From an uncultured virus (IMG/VR IMGVR_UViG_3300028666_000003) (Duplodnaviria; Heunggongvirae; Uroviricota; Caudoviricetes): a stretch of 20,000 nt of DNA. The stretch is taken from the IMG/VR virus record IMGVR_UViG_3300028666_000003, one strand, 5' to 3'. The notes beneath the pieces were generated by a model. The model did not search any database. It had not been told where the DNA came from and saw nothing but the letters and a program-made list of their open reading frames with translations. Shown piece after piece: positions 1-8,364 of this stretch (positions are counted from its first letter, which is position 1; every line of letters starts with the position of its first letter). Made by a program: the position numbers and the translations under genes.

Positions 1-216
1 CTATCTCTGACAGTCGTTGGCGATGAAGACCTGTCCCTTCTTGTTAGAATCGGGATCGTCAAAGGCATACAGCACCCCATCTTCCTCAAATCCCGTGGTC
101 TTTGAGACCATGGTGACCACTTGGCCACTCACCATGGTCACACGGTTGATGTAGGTGCCCTTGAACTTATCGAAGTCAATGATGAGGGTGGGTGCTTTGC
201 TCACAGTTTCTCCCAT
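1..216 (-). CDS. Hypothetical phage protein (71 aa)
   Basis: ORF overlapping the end of the upstream minus-strand ORF; stop TAG at 1-3; no recognisable motif. Confidence 0.55.
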   Translation of the reverse strand: MGETVSKAPTLIIDFDKFKGTYINRVTMVSGQVVTMVSKTTGFEEDGVLYAFDDPDSNKKGQVFIANDCQR

Positions 217-503
217 TTGTCAGTGTAGACCAACATATCATTGGGTTTGCTCAGGCTCGTGGCGATGATGTCAGAGCCCTCATACATGCTCATGATGGAC
301 TGAATACTGCCCTCAGGGAGTTCGAGTGGATTGTCCCCTTGTCTGAGTTCCCAGAGTTCTTCCAGGAGACCACAGAGCTTCTTGCCCTGTTCCAGTGTTC
401 CTGATCCCAGACAGACTCTATGGCCACTGCCTGACACAAAGAGGTCAATCTTATAACGCTTGGGGATTTGCTGAAAATCAGGTCCTGTTGATGAAAGGGT
501 CAT
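201..503 (-). CDS. Hypothetical phage protein (100 aa)
   Basis: ATGA overlap with the stop of the DUF2786-type gene; GGAG SD upstream. Confidence 0.7.
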   Translation of the reverse strand: MTLSSTGPDFQQIPKRYKIDLFVSGSGHRVCLGSGTLEQGKKLCGLLEELWELRQGDNPLELPEGSIQSIMSMYEGSDIIATSLSKPNDMLVYTDKWEKL

Positions 504-1396
504 TTCTCACCAATCCTGTCTGCAAGACTGATGGTTTCACCAACCTTGCGGCCGGCGTTGAATGCTGCGTGGTCCCGGTTGTCCAGGATCTTCTGCTGTT
601 CACGCTGATACTGCCTGTGCCACTTCTCGCTCTGCTTCCTGTCACGTTCCTTCTCTGCCGCAGTGGGCTCCTTCACCGGGGTTGCCACATCGTGTTTATG
701 AGCTTCCCTGTATTTCCTGGATTCTTCCTGAGACTTGGCCCACGCACCCTCACCGTATTGGGAGTCATAGTTGGCTTCGTATTCCTTCTGCGCCATGTTC
801 TGGGTCCTGACGCCATAGGTCTGCTGGTGACCCTCTTCCGTCTTGGCGTTGTGGCGCTGTTCCCAGGACTTGTGCTGGATGCGCTCAATCAGCCGCTCCA
901 CGCAACCCTGGCGCCAGCTTACTGCTGCCTTGGATAACCGCTCCGTGTTGGGATATGGAATGATCTCTTCCAGTGTCTCAACCAGGTATTCATACAGGAT
1001 CGTGACGGCCACCGCATTGACTTCGCTGCCCAGGATGACGTGCCGCTTGACATACCTGAAGGCTTCACCCTGCCTGGTATTGTAGGATTCCTTGACTTCC
1101 TGCACCCAGTGCCAGCAGTAATTGCATTCTGCGATCACACGGCAGAGATCCTTCTGCCAGCCGTACATCGCTGACTTGTTGATCTTGGACTTCTCCCGCT
1201 TCTCCTTGGCAACCACGGTGCCACCGGCCACCGCAGTCTCCTGGATCACTGCCATGTCGAGATTATATTTGGCCAACAAATCCATGGCCATATCCATTGC
1301 GTTGGAAGCCTCACCCTCCGTGGCTCCACGACCTTTGCCCAACGCCAGGAGTTTCTGGATCCTGCGGATAATGGAATCGTTCACCTTCTCAGCCAT
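500..1396 (-). CDS. DUF2786-domain protein (about 298 aa)
   Basis: N-terminal IIRRIQKLLAL...ATEGEASNAMDMAMDLLAKYNL resembles the DUF2786 pattern; C-terminal AFNAGRKVG. Start moved from 1522 to ATG 1396, which has an AGGAG SD. Confidence 0.75.
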   Translation of the reverse strand: MAEKVNDSIIRRIQKLLALGKGRGATEGEASNAMDMAMDLLAKYNLDMAVIQETAVAGGTVVAKEKREKSKINKSAMYGWQKDLCRVIAECNYCWHWVQEVKESYNTRQGEAFRYVKRHVILGSEVNAVAVTILYEYLVETLEEIIPYPNTERLSKAAVSWRQGCVERLIERIQHKSWEQRHNAKTEEGHQQTYGVRTQNMAQKEYEANYDSQYGEGAWAKSQEESRKYREAHKHDVATPVKEPTAAEKERDRKQSEKWHRQYQREQQKILDNRDHAAFNAGRKVGETISLADRIGEK

Positions 1397-1547
1397 GATG
1401 CTTCTCCTTGTATTTGGCCCACTCTTGAGCCGTGATGTATTCTTTACCCTTACAGCAGGGGCATTGCCTGGCCCATGTGGGAAGCAGAACCAGTGGAACC
1501 CATCCAGTTCCTGAACAGACATAGCAGGGAACCTTCACTGGTTGCAT
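1389..1547 (-). CDS. Small DnaJ-type zinc-finger protein (52 aa; not in ORF track)
   Basis: Manual translation MQPVKVPCYVCSGTGWVPLVLLPTWARQCPCCKGKEYITAQEWAKYKEKHHG*; CxxCxGxG...CxxCxG; GGAGG SD at 1553-1557; first gene after element P1. Confidence 0.75.
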   Translation of the reverse strand: MQPVKVPCYVCSGTGWVPLVLLPTWARQCPCCKGKEYITAQEWAKYKEKHHG

Positions 1548-1565
1548 ATCTTCCTCCGATAACTA

Positions 1566-1615
1566 ATGATACGCCCCAGAGAGTCCAAACGCTAGGTTTG
1601 GTTTTCTCTGGAGCG
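1566..1615 (-). promoter_or_regulatory. Repeated promoter/stem-loop element P1
   Basis: Minus strand CAAACC-TAGCGT-TTGGACTCTCTGGGGCG-TATCAT; imperfect inverted repeat 1572-1615. Confidence 0.7.
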
Positions 1616-1625
1616 AATCTGGGAA

Positions 1626-3239
1626 TCAGAGCCCTGCCACGTTGACGATGATGAGCTCAGACTTCGCACGGGTGGCTGCGACATACATCAGGTTGTATTC
1701 CTGGTGAAGCTGCCAATCCTTCTTGGCCCACTTGGAGGGGGAGAGTTGATTGGCACCCCACCAGAACACCCGGTTCCACTCCCGGCCCTTGCTTTTGTGA
1801 ATCGTGCTCAAGGTGAGAGTCTTGACCCTGTTGTCCTGGTCGTCACCGAACAGCTTGGTGATGAAGTCAACCAGGTCAGACAGCTGCTTCTTGCCTTCTG
1901 CCGTGAGCCTCTCAATCAGGATCAGGAGGGTGCCCACCTTGTCCTCCACGGCATCGGCCTTCTCAGGCATCTCCTTGGCCAACCACTTCTGGACTTCCCT
2001 GTCCTTGTAGTCGTTGAGTTTAGTGACGAGGGCTGAGAGCGTGGTGATCTTCCAGCGGGAAGCGAGTGCGATGAGTCCCTGACCGATTTCCTTTCCCTCA
2101 ACGTGACAGGCGATGCCCTTGCGAAGCAGGGTGTAGGCCAGGGAGATGAGGGGTTTGGTGTTGCGGCAGAGGATGGCGTCCTCCCCGTTGAGAGCCGTTT
2201 CACGATACCAGAACTCAGCCTCAAAGGCGTGAATCACTGCACCTTGAGGAGCAGACTCGTGAGCCGTGATATCGGGCACCCACTGCTGCGCATGAGCCAC
2301 CACTGTCTTGGGGCATCTGTAGGTGACGTTCAGTGGCAGCGTGTCTGACTTGAAGTGCTCTGCGATCAGCTGCATGGAGTCGCTGTCTGCGCCAGTGAAC
2401 CCATAGATTGCTTGCCGGTCATCACCGACAGCGATGAACACGCCCGTCTTGGGGTTGAGCATCTTGATCGCCAAAGCCCTGCGAGCCGGGTTGGTGTCCT
2501 GGGCTTCATCCAGCAGGACTACACGCTTGGGCCACATCCTGACGTTGTGAACGAGGGGAGCCAGGATCATGTCATCAAAGTCAATGACCTGCATGTCCTG
2601 CTCGATGGAAGTCTTGAACACGTGGATGCAGAGCCTGATGAGCTCATCCATGTTCACAGGACAGTCCTCAGCCAGTTCGTCTTCCAGGCCGAAGTGGTCG
2701 GAGAGGTCATACCACTTGCTCATGTCCTCGTAGCTGCACAGGAAGCCGAATGCTCGCTGCTTGGCAAGGGAGACTGCCTTCAGGACAAAGCCGCCATAGT
2801 TCTGGACAGCCAGGGCCTTCCTTCGTAGGAGATCGGCCTTGATGGGGTCACGCTCTGAGGGAGCCTTGAGAGTGAGTTCATCAGCCAGACGATTCAGGAT
2901 CTTGCTGACCTTCTTCTCATCCACCTGGACGTTCTTGGCCACGTAGCGCCATGCGCTGAAGCCAGCGGAATGGAGAGTTGAGGCATTGATGTGCTTGGAG
3001 TTGATCTTCTCAGCCTCCAGCTTGCCCTTGATCTCCTTGGCAATCGATGCGTTGTAGGCACCGAAGTAGACCTCATCCTTGGTGCTGAGGGTCTTGCTCA
3101 GCATCTTGGCGATCTCGATCAGGGTGTAGGTCTTCCCACATCCTGCTCGGGCCACAAGGTTCATTCCCTTGCGGGTGTTCGTAGCTAGCGCCGTGGTTAC
3201 CCACTGGATCGCAGCTTCTTGTTGAGGGGACAGTGCCAT
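1626..3239 (-). CDS. Superfamily 1 (UvrD/Rep-like) DNA helicase
   Basis: Walker A ARAGCGKT, Walker B LLDEAQD, VGDDRQAIYGF, TYRCP, STIHKSKGREW, LMYVAATRAK; AGGAG SD. Confidence 0.92.
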   Translation of the reverse strand: MALSPQQEAAIQWVTTALATNTRKGMNLVARAGCGKTYTLIEIAKMLSKTLSTKDEVYFGAYNASIAKEIKGKLEAEKINSKHINASTLHSAGFSAWRYVAKNVQVDEKKVSKILNRLADELTLKAPSERDPIKADLLRRKALAVQNYGGFVLKAVSLAKQRAFGFLCSYEDMSKWYDLSDHFGLEDELAEDCPVNMDELIRLCIHVFKTSIEQDMQVIDFDDMILAPLVHNVRMWPKRVVLLDEAQDTNPARRALAIKMLNPKTGVFIAVGDDRQAIYGFTGADSDSMQLIAEHFKSDTLPLNVTYRCPKTVVAHAQQWVPDITAHESAPQGAVIHAFEAEFWYRETALNGEDAILCRNTKPLISLAYTLLRKGIACHVEGKEIGQGLIALASRWKITTLSALVTKLNDYKDREVQKWLAKEMPEKADAVEDKVGTLLILIERLTAEGKKQLSDLVDFITKLFGDDQDNRVKTLTLSTIHKSKGREWNRVFWWGANQLSPSKWAKKDWQLHQEYNLMYVAATRAKSELIIVNVAGL

Positions 3240-3273
3240 TTCACTCTCCTGTGAGGGGATCTTCCCTACCTAA

Positions 3274-3323
3274 AGGATACTCCCCAGAGTAACCAAACAC
3301 GAGGATTGGTTTTTTCTGGGGAG
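3274..3323 (-). promoter_or_regulatory. Repeated promoter/stem-loop element P2
   Basis: Minus strand CAATCC-TCGTGT-TTGGTTACTCTGGGGAG-TATCCT; arms CTCCCCAGA/TCTGGGGAG. Confidence 0.7.
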
Positions 3324-3336
3324 AGATTGTAGGCCA

Positions 3337-3765
3337 CTAGAATTCAGGGGCCTCCTGGATGCCCAGGTTCTTCTCCAGGTCATTCAGGTTGTTGGCGTAC
3401 TCCATCAAGGCATTTTCCTTACTGCTGGCCTTGTGAACTGCCTTTTCCAAGGACTCCAGGAGCATGGAGGCAACCTGGGGGCAGATCTGGAACTTGAGGG
3501 CAGGTATACCTTGACCTTCAAACTCTTCAGGCAGTTCCACCTCGATCATCAGATCCCAGGCCATGCGATACTCCTCCCCGTTCTTGTTGGGAGTCATCAC
3601 GTGGACCTGAGCCCCACAGAAGCAGTCGGTGCTTCCCAGTTCCGCCAAAACCAACTTGGCCACGGGACTGCCATCGTGGATCTGCTGAACGTCCTCGACC
3701 TGGGGCCGGATTTCCGTCAGGCCGAGCATGGCGGCCACACTGAGGATGGTGGGATGGTAGTTCAT
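3337..3765 (-). CDS. Hypothetical protein (142 aa)
   Basis: Start MNYHPT at 3765 with GAGGAG SD, just after the stop of the upstream gene. Confidence 0.7.
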   Translation of the reverse strand: MNYHPTILSVAAMLGLTEIRPQVEDVQQIHDGSPVAKLVLAELGSTDCFCGAQVHVMTPNKNGEEYRMAWDLMIEVELPEEFEGQGIPALKFQICPQVASMLLESLEKAVHKASSKENALMEYANNLNDLEKNLGIQEAPEF

Positions 3766-3766
3766 G

Positions 3767-4168
3767 TTACTTCTCCTCTCCAAAGCTGTTGTTCTCGACG
3801 GTGACGACTGTGTGACGGTTGGGGAAGTTGTTGATGTGGGTCTTGGCACAGAGCGTAGTCTCAATGGGCTCCATCATGTCACAGCCCGCGATGATCATGC
3901 CGGCAGCAGTCAGGGCCAACTTGAGGTTGTTATACTTGCCACACATACGGTCCAGCGGCTGGATCCAGGTGGCAGTCCCCATCTCAACGATCACCTCCAC
4001 GGTGTTCTCATCGAGCAGAGCGACGAACAGGCCAGCACCAGCGAACTCCACACCAGCCTTGGCCACTTCCATTGCCACGGGTTCATGAACCAAGCAGACA
4101 CGATCCTTGGGGAAATTCGTCAGTTCGGCCACCTTCAGTGCGCCGTGAAACAAGGAATTCAGGTCCAT
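3767..4168 (-). CDS. Hypothetical protein (133 aa)
   Basis: Start MDLNSL at 4168 with AAGGAG SD, downstream of element P3; the longer ORF-track start would run through the promoter element. Confidence 0.7.
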   Translation of the reverse strand: MDLNSLFHGALKVAELTNFPKDRVCLVHEPVAMEVAKAGVEFAGAGLFVALLDENTVEVIVEMGTATWIQPLDRMCGKYNNLKLALTAAGMIIAGCDMMEPIETTLCAKTHINNFPNRHTVVTVENNSFGEEK

Positions 4169-4207
4169 CAGAGGCTCCTTTGGGTGAGGGGTCCTTCCCC
4201 TGTAATA

Positions 4208-4257
4208 AGAATACTCCCCAGAAAGCCCAGGGAGTATCCTTGTTTTCTCGATTGGCC
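4208..4257 (-). promoter_or_regulatory. Repeated promoter/stem-loop element P3
   Basis: Minus strand CAAGGA-TACTCC-CTGGGCTTTCTGGGGAG-TATTCT. Confidence 0.65.
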
Positions 4258-4268
4258 TCTTGATTTCA

Positions 4269-4490
4269 TTAGGCGTTCTTGTGCCACTTGTCGTCCTTGA
4301 GCCTGTAGGAATAGGATGCCACAGGATTCCCATTCTTCATCACAGTCAGAAGGTTGTGAGTCTTCTTGGCCATCCATCCCCGCAGATCCTCCTTGAGTGC
4401 CTCAGGAGTGTGGACGACAGGGCCAGAGGTAGCGTTATTCGTGTGCGTGCTGTAGGCCAACACTCTGAATTCATCCTGCTGCTTCGCCAT
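4269..4490 (-). CDS. Hypothetical protein (73 aa)
   Basis: Start MAKQQD at 4490 with AAGGA SD. Confidence 0.6.
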   Translation of the reverse strand: MAKQQDEFRVLAYSTHTNNATSGPVVHTPEALKEDLRGWMAKKTHNLLTVMKNGNPVASYSYRLKDDKWHKNA

Positions 4491-4707
4491 TCTTTCCTTT
4501 CTTTGGCTGGATAATCCCAGCATCATGAAGCATCTGATCCACCACCTGATCTTCCCTGCACTTCTGGATCTCCTGGAGAAACTCCTGGCCTTCCACCAGA
4601 TCCAGGAGTTCATCCAATTGAGCCTTGAGCTCACCGCCTTCCTCAATCCACTTCTTGATCCTTGGCAGGTCTATCTGTTGGAACTCATTCACATTCGGGT
4701 CAGCCAT
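4471..4707 (-). CDS. Hypothetical protein (78 aa)
   Basis: Start MADPNV at 4707 with GGAGGA SD directly after element P4. Confidence 0.7.
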   Translation of the reverse strand: MADPNVNEFQQIDLPRIKKWIEEGGELKAQLDELLDLVEGQEFLQEIQKCREDQVVDQMLHDAGIIQPKKGKNGEAAG

Positions 4708-4729
4708 CGGTCTATCCTCCGTTAATAGA

Positions 4730-4779
4730 AGGATACGGCTCTGGCCCCCCAAAGTAAAGGGTTGGTTTCTAGGGCCACC
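4730..4779 (-). promoter_or_regulatory. Repeated promoter/stem-loop element P4 (divergent copy)
   Basis: Minus strand CAACCC-TTTACT-TTGGGGGGCCAGAGCCG-TATCCT; same geometry as the other copies. Confidence 0.6.
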
Positions 4780-4781
4780 TC

Positions 4782-5090
4782 TCAGCATAGCGGCTTTCCT
4801 ACTTCCTGGTGGTATTCCTTGTCAAGAAGGGCCAGGAGTTCGACCCGAATGGTCTTGGCCGATTTACTCGTGTCTCCCATCTTCAGGATTGCCTGTTCCA
4901 CCTTCCTGATGGCCTTGGTGGCAGTCAGTTCCTCATGGAGTTCTCCAGCCTCCAGGCGAGCAATCAGCTTGTTGGCTGCGTCCAGTTCCTTGACGAGTGT
5001 GGTGGCACCTGTGATCACACCCATGAACAGATGCCACAGGTTCGGCCTCTGCTCCAGGGCCACATCGATGGGGAGGATCTCAGGGGTCAT
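4782..5090 (-). CDS. Hypothetical protein (102 aa, coiled-coil-like)
   Basis: ATGA overlap with upstream gene; GGAG SD. Confidence 0.7.
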   Translation of the reverse strand: MTPEILPIDVALEQRPNLWHLFMGVITGATTLVKELDAANKLIARLEAGELHEELTATKAIRKVEQAILKMGDTSKSAKTIRVELLALLDKEYHQEVGKPLC

Positions 5091-5509
5091 ACTTTCTCCA
5101 TCTCGCTGATGAGGATCTCAGCCTGGGCACTGTGGATGGCGTCAATGATGAGTTGGTCCAGGTATTCCCGGATGTCATACTTGCGCTGGAGCCGCTGGGA
5201 CTCACTGCCGTGGAACTCAATGCGGTATTCGTCCAGGGAGTTACCCATGGGGAACACCACACTGAAAGCAGCCCAACCGCAGTAGCCGCCATGCTCGTCC
5301 ATGCAGTGGTAGCTGTTCTTGATGCGGAGTACCTTGCGATTGCAGTAGCTGATGACATCCGGGGCTGCTACCCTGCGGAAGCCGTGATAGAGATGGCAGA
5401 GCGGGTCCTTGACCACGAAGTGCCAGGTCCGGTCAACCCCAGCACCGTGAACCTTCTTCATGACCAGTTCCAGCACTTTGACACGATCTTGAATTTGGCT
5501 ATATCTCAT
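5087..5509 (-). CDS. Hypothetical protein (140 aa)
   Basis: Start MRYSQI at 5509 in ATGA overlap with the upstream stop. Confidence 0.7.
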   Translation of the reverse strand: MRYSQIQDRVKVLELVMKKVHGAGVDRTWHFVVKDPLCHLYHGFRRVAAPDVISYCNRKVLRIKNSYHCMDEHGGYCGWAAFSVVFPMGNSLDEYRIEFHGSESQRLQRKYDIREYLDQLIIDAIHSAQAEILISEMEKV

Positions 5510-5745
5510 CGGGGAATCTCGCTCACCCACTCAAAGAGTCGGGTCTCAGGGTTCCACTTCACCCACATCTCACGATCAATGGATGGGTAGGGAACAGGGT
5601 TGAAGGTGCCATATTGAAGTTTTGCACCGTCCTTCTTGGCAGAATGGAGCAGCCTACGAATGGCCTTGCCTGAAAACTCTTCATAGGCAAGCCAGGATTT
5701 AACCTGGGCTGTGGTTGCGTAGATGAGCGTTCCTGAACCCATCAC
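5506..5745 (-). CDS. Hypothetical protein (about 79 aa)
   Basis: Start overlaps the upstream stop; GGAGG SD. Confidence 0.65.
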   Translation of the reverse strand: MMGSGTLIYATTAQVKSWLAYEEFSGKAIRRLLHSAKKDGAKLQYGTFNPVPYPSIDREMWVKWNPETRLFEWVSEIPR

Positions 5746-5969
5746 TCACCTCCCAGTGTCTTGTTCATCTTGACCAGAGCAGCCTCCATGAACTCACGGC
5801 TGATGAAGATGTTGCTGAAGTCCTCAGCGGTCACTATAACACCGGTTTCCACGTAGGGTGCACTGAGGTGTTCCTGGTGCCACTCAGCCACAGTAACCTG
5901 TTCCACACTCTTGCCATTGAGATGGAGGCTGATGTTGTCGTCTGCGGTGGATCGGATGAGTTGATACAT
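5742..5969 (-). CDS. Hypothetical protein (75 aa)
   Basis: Start MYQLIR at 5969 in TGATG overlap with the upstream 56-aa ORF. Confidence 0.65.
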   Translation of the reverse strand: MYQLIRSTADDNISLHLNGKSVEQVTVAEWHQEHLSAPYVETGVIVTAEDFSNIFISREFMEAALVKMNKTLGGE

Positions 5970-6139
5970 CACTTCCCACCTTTCTTGACCTGCTCCACAG
6001 GGATGAAGACCTGCTTGTTGAACTTGGCCCATTGGACGCACCGCTTCACGTCATCGCTGTCGGTGAGGGTCTTGAAGTGGGCCACTCCCTGGTTATTCAC
6101 CAAGGCAGTGACGTTGTCTTTTCTGATGAGAGTGAGCAT
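5969..6139 (-). CDS. Hypothetical protein (56 aa; not in ORF track)
   Basis: Manual translation MLTLIRKDNVTALVNNQGVAHFKTLTDSDDVKRCVQWAKFNKQVFIPVEQVKKGGK*; AGGAGG SD. Confidence 0.7.
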   Translation of the reverse strand: MLTLIRKDNVTALVNNQGVAHFKTLTDSDDVKRCVQWAKFNKQVFIPVEQVKKGGK

Positions 6140-6153
6140 TGTAGCCTCCTTGG

Positions 6154-6363
6154 CTAGTTGATGACCTTGACGATCTTCTTGTTCACGACCTCAACCGTGG
6201 CATACCAGGTGTGCGGCTTGGGGTAGTGAGGGCCTTCGATGGAGTGAACCCCGTCTTCAATGGGGAGATACTCACGACCTGGCTCATACACCCTGATCAC
6301 CTGCCCGATCTTGATGCTCATCTTGAGAGCCTTCTTGGTCTTGAAGTTGAAATCAGCATACAT
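6154..6363 (-). CDS. Small hypothetical phage protein (69 aa)
   Basis: AGGAGG SD after element P5; distinctive NFKTKKALK...EGPHYPKPHTWYA sequence. Confidence 0.75.
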   Translation of the reverse strand: MYADFNFKTKKALKMSIKIGQVIRVYEPGREYLPIEDGVHSIEGPHYPKPHTWYATVEVVNKKIVKVIN

Positions 6364-6382
6364 AGTATTTCCTCCTGATTAA

Positions 6383-6432
6383 AGTTTACTCCCCAGAAGA
6401 CCCAAGGACTAGCCTTGATTTTTCTGGGAAGG
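6383..6432 (-). promoter_or_regulatory. Repeated promoter/stem-loop element P5
   Basis: Minus strand CAAGGC-TAGTCC-TTGGGTCTTCTGGGGAG-TAAACT; arms CCCAGAA..CAAGG / CCTTG..TTCTGGG. Confidence 0.7.
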
Positions 6433-6681
6433 ATTCTGGTCGGCAGACGGGACAGGGAAGCTATGAGTGCACTTGGGGCATAGGAACTTGCCACAATAGC
6501 TCCAGCCATATGGCATGTCGTGAGATCGTTGAACCAATCCTGTCAAATGAAATGCTAGATCTGCAGGATTGTGGCAGTCAACGTCCGCTGAACTGGTAGT
6601 TCCTAGCTCTTGGACCCCACAGTTGCTACACTCGTACACTGAGAGAATTTTCAGGGTACCAACTATCCGGGCAAATCTCAT
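6409..6681 (-). CDS. Small zinc-ribbon protein (90 aa)
   Basis: Start MRFARI at 6681 (ATGA overlap, AGGAG SD); CSNC...GW...CPKC; stop falls in the loop of P5. Confidence 0.65.
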   Translation of the reverse strand: MRFARIVGTLKILSVYECSNCGVQELGTTSSADVDCHNPADLAFHLTGLVQRSHDMPYGWSYCGKFLCPKCTHSFPVPSADQNPSQKNQG

Positions 6682-7154
6682 CTCTGCTCCTGCGCAATCT
6701 GGTTTCGGGCTGTGATGGTGGGCACATCCATCGGGATACGTTTGACACACCGCTTCTTGTTGTCTTGCAGTGGATCTTCTGCCCACCATTCCTCATACAT
6801 CCTGCGGTCATCACTCGGGTTGCTCAGGGCCCAGTAGCGGCTGGCCTTTTCGTCCTTATCTATATAGAGGAATCCGATTTTTCCCAAGGCCCTTATTGAG
6901 AATAGCTTCTTGGCATCCGGGATAGCTTCAAGCCGATCCGCCTCTTGGAAGAGTGTGGTAGCTGCATTCCTGATCTCTTGGATTGTAGAGGTTGCTGGAT
7001 TCATCTCCTCTGTAGCATCTCGTATGATGGGTCTTCCCCATCGCTCCAGGGCGTACTCGTTGATGGACTGCTCAAACCTTTTCTTGAGAGGATGATCATC
7101 ATCCATCTTGAGCAGGTCCTTGGTGAAACTTAAAATACTTCCAAGCACATCCAT
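6678..7154 (-). CDS. Hypothetical protein (158 aa)
   Basis: Start MDVLGS at 7154 with GAGGT SD. Confidence 0.7.
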   Translation of the reverse strand: MDVLGSILSFTKDLLKMDDDHPLKKRFEQSINEYALERWGRPIIRDATEEMNPATSTIQEIRNAATTLFQEADRLEAIPDAKKLFSIRALGKIGFLYIDKDEKASRYWALSNPSDDRRMYEEWWAEDPLQDNKKRCVKRIPMDVPTITARNQIAQEQR

Positions 7155-7161
7155 AGGCACC

Positions 7162-7443
7162 TCAGAAGGGGATGTAAGATGTGAGGGCATCCTTGATCCG
7201 GGTGGCCTCCACGTTGATCATGTCGTTGAGCTTCCGCAGGGCCTGGAGTTTGGCCACTTCGACTGAACCATATGTGGTCTTGGACCGCATCTTCCTCCAG
7301 CCATGGATTTCATAGCGGAAACCCTTCACGCTGCCATCCCAGAACACTTCTGCCCGCACCATCCTGAATTCCAGCTCATAGATTTGGTGCCCCATATCCT
7401 GCCAGGTTGCCCCTGGAAACTGCTCAGCATGTTGTCTTGCCAT
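7162..7443 (-). CDS. Hypothetical protein (93 aa)
   Basis: AAGGAGG SD; first gene after element P6. Confidence 0.75.
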   Translation of the reverse strand: MARQHAEQFPGATWQDMGHQIYELEFRMVRAEVFWDGSVKGFRYEIHGWRKMRSKTTYGSVEVAKLQALRKLNDMINVEATRIKDALTSYIPF

Positions 7444-7496
7444 ACTTGCCTCCTTAGCCCAAAGGGCCTGGGTGGGGACCGTTCCCCTATACCTAA

Positions 7497-7545
7497 AGGA
7501 TACTCCCCAGCGAAACCAAAGGAAAGGTTGAATTCCGCCTAGCTA
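7497..7545 (-). promoter_or_regulatory. Repeated promoter/stem-loop element P6
   Basis: Minus strand CAACC-TTTCCT-TTGGTTTCGCTGGGGAG-TATCCT; 21-bp identity with P2. Confidence 0.68.
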
Positions 7546-7708
7546 AACTTGAATCCCAGTAGTCCCAAATCATTCCAAATACAGATCAGGGACCCAGAGG
7601 CCCCCGATAGGTTTGTTGCTGTGTGTGCTGAGACTTGGCCCTATATGGGCAAAAGTGGTTAAGAAAAATTTGTGCCTCAGATGCATGTGCTATTCCCCAA
7701 TAGTCACA

Positions 7709-8062
7709 TCAATGTTTGTAGCAGTGAATCCCAAGCTTTTCCAGCAGTTTATTTGGATGGTGCCGCACCTCATTATGGGCTTCAGCCACACCCATAACTC
7801 TGTGGATCAGTTCCGCAGTGCTCTCAGAAGAACTGCGCCTCAGATTGCATATGTAGTAGCGGATATTGGCGTCCAGAACCCTGAAGATAAGTGCCTCTGA
7901 AAACCTCTTGGCCTTTCCATCCCAGACCAGGTATACTTGCAGGTTGCCAATGTCCGGGAGTTTGATCACATTGGATATGGACTCATCCAGTGATGTTCCC
8001 TTGACCAATCCTAGGGTGGAGGGGAGTAAAAAATGGATTATGGATTTCAAGAATTTTCTCAT
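7709..8062 (-). CDS. Hypothetical protein (117 aa)
   Basis: Co-oriented ORF filling the gap; weak SD (GGGG). Confidence 0.55.
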   Translation of the reverse strand: MRKFLKSIIHFLLPSTLGLVKGTSLDESISNVIKLPDIGNLQVYLVWDGKAKRFSEALIFRVLDANIRYYICNLRRSSSESTAELIHRVMGVAEAHNEVRHHPNKLLEKLGIHCYKH

Positions 8063-8076
8063 CGAAACCAGGCCCC

Positions 8077-8364
8077 CTATCCTAAAAGATCAATGTCTTG
8101 AAGAAGCCCCCAATGCAGCGGGATGATTGGTGCAGGTTTGGGCAGCTGTTTTAGCAGTTTGCCAGCTTCCCGCATACGCTGATAGAATAACAGGTTTGGA
8201 ACGGGGAAGCCCAGATGACGGGACATTCTCACTGCCTTTGCATAGGTGTAGGTGGCTCGCATCCACTTCACCCAATCAAGTCTGTGTAACTCTGCAGCCT
8301 GGAGTTGAGCTGCCCTGAGATCAGGTAGCTCATGCTCCTTGAGAGTTTTTGAGGACCTAGACAT
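8077..8364 (-). CDS. Hypothetical protein (95 aa)
   Basis: Start MSRSSK at 8364 with GGAG SD, overlapping the upstream stop. Confidence 0.6.
   Translation of the reverse strand: MSRSSKTLKEHELPDLRAAQLQAAELHRLDWVKWMRATYTYAKAVRMSRHLGFPVPNLLFYQRMREAGKLLKQLPKPAPIIPLHWGLLQDIDLLG

Noticed and set aside
7570..7686. Possible 38-aa minus-strand ORF (MHLRHKFF...)
   Set aside because: Short, weak SD, no motif; cannot be supported
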